DNA of 64,000 nucleotides from a virus (Duplodnaviria; Caudoviricetes): IMG/VR virus record IMGVR_UViG_3300023263_000002, positions 36,946 to 100,945 of that record; one strand, 5' to 3'. Shown piece by piece: positions 57,703 to 64,000 of this stretch (position 1 is its first letter; each line of letters starts with the position of its first letter). The notes under the pieces were generated by a model. It saw only the letters and a program-made list of their open reading frames with translations, ran no database searches and was not told where the DNA came from. The position numbers and the translations under genes were made by a program.

Positions 57703-58344
57703 CTATACCTCCAAGGGTGTGATCCGCGGATAGGATTCCACGTACTTGATTATTTTGTCAACCTTGTGCTTCAGTTGGAAATGCTCACACCACGTCTTCA
57801 AGCGCTTAAGCTTGCGAGCTACGTCAAGTGCGTAGTCTTCGGACGGTGGTAACATCTCGCACTTCGCGCCCCGGGTCGTACCATCGACCTGAAGCATCGC
57901 ATGTGCACGACCGTACAGCTTCTGTGTGAGCTGATTTGCCTGCTGTGCATTCGAGAATTTCAGAAATCTGATCAACTCGAAATCGCACGAAAAAGGATGC
58001 TCACCATGGATGTCGCATCGCCCATCATCTTTGACATTACGACAGTGGTGGCTGTTGTGATCGTCTTGCCCGTCGGAGTAGATGACGATGTCATTCCCGT
58101 TGAATTCAACAGTCCGCTTGGTCAACCGATAGGGATGAGGCTCAAGCTCTTTGGGAAGGTAATCAAGAGAGAAGCGGCTACAACAAGCAGCACACGAGGC
58201 CGGGCAGGTGTAGCCGCGGAATATGTATGGACTCACGCGAAGTAGTTTAGGCTCGAATCGTTCACCTTTGTATGTGAACGGCTCAGCCGTAACGCACGCG
58301 AAGTACGAATTCACGATTTTGTCGATGGAATCGCGTTCCGGCAT
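57703..58344 (-). CDS. Cys-cluster (CxxxCxxCC, YkgJ-like Fe-S/Zn) protein
   Basis: CPASCAACC...C..C.IH..HPFSC. Confidence 0.65.
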   Translation of the reverse strand: MPERDSIDKIVNSYFACVTAEPFTYKGERFEPKLLRVSPYIFRGYTCPASCAACCSRFSLDYLPKELEPHPYRLTKRTVEFNGNDIVIYSDGQDDHNSHHCRNVKDDGRCDIHGEHPFSCDFELIRFLKFSNAQQANQLTQKLYGRAHAMLQVDGTTRGAKCEMLPPSEDYALDVARKLKRLKTWCEHFQLKHKVDKIIKYVESYPRITPLEV

Positions 58345-58354
58345 AGGGATCTTG

Positions 58355-58462
58355 CCACGAGCTCTGCGAACGACTCGCGAAGCGGCAGGGTCCGCGGCTA
58401 GGGTAGCGGGCCAGCTTCTCGTCCGTCTCTCATGGCCCTCAGCGGGCTCATGCTTCGCACTG
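58355..58462 (+). repeat. Dispersed ~95 bp intergenic element, copy C
   Basis: GAGCTCTGCGAA (58359-58370), CGGCTAGGGTAGCGG (58395-58409), TTCGCA. Confidence 0.65.
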
Positions 58463-58650
58463 GGTTACGTCTTCACTCTGCTCAATAATAGCGGGAATGG
58501 TCAAAAATGCGACAATAATTTTTCTGCGGTGAAGAAACATGAAGCCAAGCATTCAGGTAAAATATCTTCACCGATCTGTCGCATAACAGTAAAAAAGCTC
58601 TAGGGAGCACGTCCGCTAGAGCTCTACGCCTCCCCCGACAGAGAAGTTAT

Positions 58651-59130
58651 TTATCTGCCGCGCCAGATCGGAGCAGGCAACTGCGGAATGTCGAACGCGG
58701 ACAGCTCGCTCGGAACCTTCCCGTGGTAGAACCATACGTCGATAGGAATGCCGCCGCGAGGATTGAAGATCCCAGTGACACGCATCCAGATCGGATTCAA
58801 GAGCTCAGCCAAGGTCTCGCCGATCTGATTGATAACCGCCTCGTGGTAGGCGCCATGGTTGCGGAAGCTGAACATGTAGAGCTTCAGCGACTTGGACTCG
58901 ACCAGGTACCGGCGGGGAATGTAATCGATAAAGATATTCGCGAAGTCGGGCTGGCCGGTCTTCGGGCAGAGGCTCGTGAACTCCGGCACGGTAAACCGGC
59001 AGACATACAAGCGCGTTGGGTTGGGATTGTCGATGCGGTCGAATTCGAAGCCGTCGGGGGTGGTTGGAATCTCGGCCTGGCGCCCGAGGACACCATCACC
59101 GGCTACAGCAGCCATCATACCATTCTCCAA
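58651..59130 (-). CDS. queF: NADPH-dependent preQ0 reductase (unimodular QueF); likely start 59118
   Basis: PEFTSLCPKTGQPDFA, ESKSLKLY (QueF motif), FRNHGAYHE, FNPRGGI. Confidence 0.92.
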   Translation of the reverse strand: MENGMMAAVAGDGVLGRQAEIPTTPDGFEFDRIDNPNPTRLYVCRFTVPEFTSLCPKTGQPDFANIFIDYIPRRYLVESKSLKLYMFSFRNHGAYHEAVINQIGETLAELLNPIWMRVTGIFNPRGGIPIDVWFYHGKVPSELSAFDIPQLPAPIWRGR

Positions 59131-59254
59131 ACTATCTACTTTCCTGTGAGTGAGATAAGCAGACCTGCGATCCTCCCGAGAGGGGTCTAAGGAGAACCGC
59201 AGGCCCTATACTGCGCAGCTATAGCGAGCGGGGTAAGCTCAGCCGCAGCAGTAA

Positions 59255-60016
59255 TTACATACCAGGCAGGCCGTTGATGCCGAACTTGTAGTGGACACCA
59301 AAGAGGATCTTGTCCTCGTCGGCTTTGTCATCAACCGACACGCCGCCGTCGTCGAACCAGTTGACATCGCCGTAGAAGTCGTGCTGGTATTCCAGCTTCG
59401 CGAACAGACCACCGGAGATGTTCGTCTCGATGCCGGCCAGGGCTTTCACGCCATCATAGTCGCGCGAGATAGAGCCAACGCTGCGACCTTCGATACTTGC
59501 CGTCCCTTCGTATTCAGTCGCCACGTAGGCGGCGCCGACATAGAGAAGGGTACTCTCCGAAAGCAGAGCGCCAATGCGGCCGCCGACGTACCACTCGTCC
59601 TGCTTCTCCAAGGAAGCGTTGATGGCGCCGTCGAGGGCGGAGAAAGTTGTCTCCATCCCGGTCCAGGTGTAGCCAGCGAGTGCACCCATGACGATGCGTT
59701 CGCGGCGCCAATCGAAGCCGCCGTATACGCCTCCGACCACGCCATGAGAGTTGAGGCCATTCAGGTTGAACAGGTTGTGGCTGTCGCTGCCGCCTTCACC
59801 ATCACCGTAATCAACGTTGACATCGACTTCGTGATTGGCATTGCCGTAGCCGACCTGGCCGCCGAAGTAAAATCCCGTCCAGGCGATCGCCGGAACAGAC
59901 TCGACGATGGCGCGTGGCGAATCCTTGTAGCTGTTGTAGACGTCAGCTGCCTGAGCAGCACCCCCGAGAACAAGCCCGGTCCCGATGACCCAGGCTACCT
60001 GCAAAAACTTTTTCAT
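59255..60016 (-). CDS. Omp25/RopB-type outer-membrane beta-barrel protein
   Basis: Signal peptide ending AQA-AD; WTGFYFGGQVGYG; alternating beta strands; GVHYKF near the C-terminus. Confidence 0.85.
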   Translation of the reverse strand: MKKFLQVAWVIGTGLVLGGAAQAADVYNSYKDSPRAIVESVPAIAWTGFYFGGQVGYGNANHEVDVNVDYGDGEGGSDSHNLFNLNGLNSHGVVGGVYGGFDWRRERIVMGALAGYTWTGMETTFSALDGAINASLEKQDEWYVGGRIGALLSESTLLYVGAAYVATEYEGTASIEGRSVGSISRDYDGVKALAGIETNISGGLFAKLEYQHDFYGDVNWFDDGGVSVDDKADEDKILFGVHYKFGINGLPGM

Positions 60017-60087
60017 TGTGGTTCTCCAAACCTTAGAGTAGTTGCAGCGGCAAGACCCCCTCGCCGCCGCTACGTCGTCTGGGCGGT

Positions 60088-60426
60088 TTACTTCGGTCCG
60101 CCTTCTCCCCCTCCGTGACCGCCGCCCTCGCCGCAATCGCCGCCATGGTCACCACCATGATCACCGCCGGCGTCACCAGCAGCGTCGCCGTTGTTGCCGC
60201 CCTCGCCGACTTCGCCCATCAGACCGTTGGTGTAGCCGCCGCGGCAGAACTTGGTGCGAGTGTTGACGGACATCCAGACGTCGTTTCCGGTGGCGGTGGA
60301 AACGCGAATCGGACGCTGATAGCGATTCAGACAATCGCCGCTGTCGCCCCACTCATCAGCAACCTCAGCAGAAGCCACGGCGCCGGTAAGCACAAGAGCA
60401 GCGAAAGAAATAGCAAGAAGTTTCAT
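60088..60426 (-). CDS. Small secreted protein with Gly/Asp-rich tail
   Basis: Signal peptide ASA-E; Cys residues; GGD repeats. Confidence 0.65.
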   Translation of the reverse strand: MKLLAISFAALVLTGAVASAEVADEWGDSGDCLNRYQRPIRVSTATGNDVWMSVNTRTKFCRGGYTNGLMGEVGEGGNNGDAAGDAGGDHGGDHGGDCGEGGGHGGGEGGPK

Positions 60427-60484
60427 TTTGTAATCTCCTGGGCAAAAAGCCCTATTGGTTGACGTTACGATACGCAGAACAAAA

Positions 60485-61201
60485 CTAGGAGTGAACAGCC
60501 GCCAGAAGCAGCGTCACGAAAACGAACTGGAAGGTGAAGGCCAAGCCAAAGACGAAGCCAAACATCCGCCTGTGTCCCCACAGCGCCTTCGCGTGGTATG
60601 TCATCCGATACCGGAAGGCCCACGCTTGATGCCGTAGGCCAGGAAGGGGTACAAGGTGGTCGGACACACGATCGATAATTCTGTAGACGGCGTAGATCGC
60701 CGGATCGAAGATGCTGGCTACAGCGTTGAGCGCATTTGAGAGCATCTGCAGGACCGCTGTAAAGAAGCAGCTTGTTGCCATCTTCATGTGAAACGAAGCC
60801 TGATTGAGCGGGACACGGGTATTGAAATCGTTATACAACACTACTGCCATCGAAGCCTCCGTACACGGACATAAGTGACGATTTCCTTATAGAGCTTAAA
60901 TAAGCCACAGGTCAAGTTCAAAATTCTACTTATGAACACTAAACCTGTGGCAAGTTCTACGAAGTCATCGCTAGTTAACTACGAATGAATACTGTATCCA
61001 ATACTAATTAGATCAGCAAGTTCCAACAAGCTTGCACTTGCAAATCCACCTACCACCAAGATTGCTGCATCCAAAAGGACAACGCTCACAACCAGGAGGC
61101 GCCCACTGGGCCGGAGTCATGCGCGGCAGTGGTGCCGAATTCGCCAGCATCGGAAGTCCAATGATAGCGGCGACAGAAACTACTGCAAAAACGAGTCTCA
61201 T
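60485..61201 (-). other. Membrane protein (60485-60850) and small secreted Cys-rich peptide (61013-61201)
   Basis: Hydrophobic segments; six Cys after a signal peptide. Confidence 0.55.
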
Positions 61202-61259
61202 GAGTTCTCCTAACCTCCGTCTCTACAGCTCAAAGGTTTAGCGGCTATTTTAGCACAGG

Positions 61260-63107
61260 TCAAGAGGTAAATATCCTAGATCCACAGCCTGGTATTTTGC
61301 GGACAGTTACAACAGCCGAGAACAATGAGCTCTCGGTTGTATGGTGGTCGGTGTACCAAATCTGTTTCTTGAGCTCTTTCGCTCTAGTACTAAGGAACTC
61401 ACACAAATCTCTGACACCGTCCTCCGACAGGCTTCGCGTCGGCTCGTCGAACACCTCGATGTCAACATTCACGCCTGCGTATGCGAGCAGCACCTCGGAC
61501 AAAGCCATCGCTCCTACAAGCCGAAGGCGTTGTCTTTCACCACCAGACCAGCACTCCCAGCGAACCGGAGTAGAGTTGTGTGGCGAGATCACCGTTACAG
61601 ATAAACCGCGCTTTGTCGTCCCCGACTTCGTCTCCTGCTCGACGGCATACTCGATAGCCCAGTCGTGCAAACCTACGCTATCCAGCATCGAGTTGGTAGC
61701 CAGCTGAAGCTGCGCGAGCACCTCCTCCATGATGAACAGCCGGACATCTTTAAAGCCACGAACCCAGAACTTCGTCCGCTCCAGCCGCTTGGTCAACTTA
61801 CGGATCTGCTCTACAACGTCATCTACAATCTGCTTCTGCTTCTTCAGATCCTTCTTCAGCTTGGCAACCTGATCGTGATAGGGATTGGTGTCGGCGTCCA
61901 GTCGCGCAGCTTCTCGCTTCGCTGTTAGAAGATCAACCTGGAGATCACCCAAACGGATATTCCACATATCAATCTCAGACCGGGCCTTCTTCGCAATCTC
62001 TTCCTTCTCATTCAAGGCCGGCCGCACTCTATCTATCTTCTTGTCCTGTGCGTTGTATCGCTTCTCGATCGAGAGGATATCAATCTCTTTGATGTCAGCT
62101 ACGAGTTTATCAACCTTCGCCTGTAGCGACTTCTTATGCTTGAGCAGCGAGGTGCCTTCGAGCGACTGGCCGCACGTCGGACAGTTGTCGAGATCACCTA
62201 GTCCGCTAATCTCCTTCCTGAGCTCCTTGATGCGCGAGCGCTTCTGCTCTACTTCCGCGCTCTTTGTAGACAGCTCATCGCGTAACTCGAACAGCGCGTC
62301 GTAAAGCTTGCGGAACTGTTTATCGAGAGCGTCTTTCTCAGTAAGAGCACCATCCTCAACAAGGCTGGCGGAGTTGCGCTTTTCTGTCGCAGTATCGACC
62401 TGAACAGTGAGGGACCTTATCCCCGCTTCCAACTTCTCGAGATCGTCGAGCCGATGCTCTTCAAATTCTTGCGACTGGACCACGACTCTATCGAGTAGTT
62501 CCTTGGTGCGATCTACTTGGCCTCGTGCTGCTGAGAGCTCACCTTGCAGAGCGATGCTCCTGAACTCTAACGTACGAACTTCGTCTGATGCGACCTTGGA
62601 GCGCTCGTCCCATCTGTTTAGATCGAGGGCATCAGTGAAGAGTCCAAGCTTTTCGCTCGCCGACAGATCAAAAAACAACGCACGGTCCTGACCGAACAGA
62701 ACCGTGTGTGTGAAGGTATCGAAGTTGAGACCAATCAGCCGCTCAACCTTTTCTTGGTTCGCATCCTCGCCATCGATGCGTAGGGCGTTTGGTGCTGCCC
62801 TTCGAGTGACGACGTAGGGAACATCGTCTACCAACAGCGACACGTCAACCCTGGGAGACTTCTTTGCCTCCCAAGGAATGATGTCAGGATTGCGAAGACC
62901 ATCAGGAGTCTTACCAAACAGGCACCAAGACAACGCGTTCCATATCGAGGTCTTGCCAGACCCGTTCGCACCAAGGTCGGGCTCAACTTCATTCTCCCCG
63001 CGCAGGAAACAGACTCCGATCGGAAGAGAGGAGAAATCCAACTGCTGCGCGGGGGAGGTGAAGCTTCTAAAGTTTTTTATCGTGATGTCTTGGAACGTGA
63101 TCTTCAT
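61260..63107 (-). CDS. SbcC/Rad50-like recombination ATPase (gp46-like)
   Basis: NFRSF, GANGSGKT, coiled coil with CPTCGQ hook, WSGGE, FDEP. Confidence 0.92.
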   Translation of the reverse strand: MKITFQDITIKNFRSFTSPAQQLDFSSLPIGVCFLRGENEVEPDLGANGSGKTSIWNALSWCLFGKTPDGLRNPDIIPWEAKKSPRVDVSLLVDDVPYVVTRRAAPNALRIDGEDANQEKVERLIGLNFDTFTHTVLFGQDRALFFDLSASEKLGLFTDALDLNRWDERSKVASDEVRTLEFRSIALQGELSAARGQVDRTKELLDRVVVQSQEFEEHRLDDLEKLEAGIRSLTVQVDTATEKRNSASLVEDGALTEKDALDKQFRKLYDALFELRDELSTKSAEVEQKRSRIKELRKEISGLGDLDNCPTCGQSLEGTSLLKHKKSLQAKVDKLVADIKEIDILSIEKRYNAQDKKIDRVRPALNEKEEIAKKARSEIDMWNIRLGDLQVDLLTAKREAARLDADTNPYHDQVAKLKKDLKKQKQIVDDVVEQIRKLTKRLERTKFWVRGFKDVRLFIMEEVLAQLQLATNSMLDSVGLHDWAIEYAVEQETKSGTTKRGLSVTVISPHNSTPVRWECWSGGERQRLRLVGAMALSEVLLAYAGVNVDIEVFDEPTRSLSEDGVRDLCEFLSTRAKELKKQIWYTDHHTTESSLFSAVVTVRKIPGCGSRIFTS

Positions 63108-64000
63108 TTGACCTTTTCCATCAGCTTTCTACCGCGACTCAACAGATGAGGATCAATCCCTCTCTGTTGTGCATACGCCTCTAATGTCTGTTCATCAGAT
63201 AGGCGCGACCGCTGGGGGGCTGTTGCTCCGAGCGATAGACCCGCGGCACCTGTTACTGCTTGGACCATGTGAATGATATAGCCATGCTTCTTCCCCCAGG
63301 CATGGACTTCTTCTTTTACCTCGCCCCACCTGGCATACTGTTTGGGAGTTACAGAGATGCGGATCTTGAGGATGTCGCCTTTGTTTAAACCGCCCTCAGG
63401 CCAATCAACCCCAGCTTTGCCCAAGGTGCATTCCACGAGCCGCTTCTGAGAGCCCGGAACAACAATGCTTTTGCGCTTCAGTGTGGCGGAATCAATGAGG
63501 AGCACACGCGGCTTGAAATCATCACCGAAGTCTACAAGGTATGGCGACCCAACGTACGTAATGGGGCCGATGGTCTGCGGGATGTGAACGTCGCCTGCGA
63601 TGACATTCGCATACGAGTTGAAGATATCAGTCGGGATGCCATCCAATTCTCGATGCTGCCCCGAGGCTCCCTTGAACGTATTATGCGCGAAGATGTAGTC
63701 ATATCCCTCGTCCTTCAACTTCAACCCGCGCCAGTCGCGCTTGTAGTCAGTTGTATGGGGAAGGAACAGACAGTGCCCAATGCCTGCGACTTCCATGTCT
63801 ACAGGAAAGGAGATGAACTGAATCTTCCTGAAGTTGCGCAAGAACTCAAAGAATGGGTACGAGGGATCAAGACCATCGTGATTCCCTCGCAGGATTATGA
63901 TAGGGCACCGATCGGAGAGCGTGACCAAATACTCAACAATTGTGTTCACGAGGAGCGCCCCGTGATTGTCTTTCTTCTCGGTGAGGTCTCCCAAGATCAG
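63104..64000 (-). CDS. SbcD/Mre11-like nuclease (gp47-like), 5' end beyond the window
   Basis: LGDL, GNHD, AHN, GDVH, YVGSP. Confidence 0.9.
   Translation of the reverse strand: MILGDLTEKKDNHGALLVNTIVEYLVTLSDRCPIIILRGNHDGLDPSYPFFEFLRNFRKIQFISFPVDMEVAGIGHCLFLPHTTDYKRDWRGLKLKDEGYDYIFAHNTFKGASGQHRELDGIPTDIFNSYANVIAGDVHIPQTIGPITYVGSPYLVDFGDDFKPRVLLIDSATLKRKSIVVPGSQKRLVECTLGKAGVDWPEGGLNKGDILKIRISVTPKQYARWGEVKEEVHAWGKKHGYIIHMVQAVTGAAGLSLGATAPQRSRLSDEQTLEAYAQQRGIDPHLLSRGRKLMEKVK

Noticed and set aside
59160-59215. Class I preQ1 riboswitch before queF
   Set aside because: Contains GGUUC...CCC but lacks the A-rich 3' tail and pseudoknot pairing; kept only as a generic leader.
1-64000. CRISPR array, tRNA genes, integrase, transposase, reverse transcriptase/DGR
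   Set aside because: No regularly spaced repeats, cloverleafs or diagnostic motifs seen by eye; a tRNAscan/HMM run would be needed to be certain.
1-64000. Stop-codon reassignment
   Set aside because: Core genes are full-length under the standard code and end in TAA, TAG and TGA.

Overview
This window is part of a tailed dsDNA bacteriophage with siphovirus-type tail genes. The host is probably an alphaproteobacterium (Hyphomicrobiales-like), inferred from a phage-borne Omp25/RopB-type outer-membrane protein and the promoter style. Nearly all genes lie on the minus strand; only an early cluster of small genes (about 3.15-9.3 kb) is on the plus strand, preceded by repeated sigma70-like promoters. 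Reading the minus strand from the right end: SbcD/SbcC (gp47/gp46-like), OMP, QueF, M15 endolysin, a methyltransferase/glycosyltransferase block, ThyX, dCTP deaminase, a kinase, terminase, portal, about 6 kb of small accessory genes, head-tail adaptor, a second 8-gene glycosyltransferase/methyltransferase block, MuF-ADP-ribosyltransferase, an Acb1-like/prohead-protease fusion, scaffold, capsid, tail genes (with a -1 frameshift chaperone), holin-like genes, class II RNR and spanins. The left end carries Lar-like genes and a purine phosphoribosyltransferase. The strongest candidates for undescribed biology are: (1) a paralogue-rich set of about 14 glycosyltransferase/methyltransferase genes interleaved with virion genes, possibly making a methylated glycan coat on the virion; (2) an Acb1-type 2H phosphodiesterase fused to the prohead protease, next to a MuF-ART toxin and a small candidate immunity ORF; (3) a hairpin-tiled ~0.9 kb non-coding region behind a divergent promoter; (4) a dispersed ~95 bp intergenic element present five times. 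All family calls come from motif recognition by eye; no searches were run.
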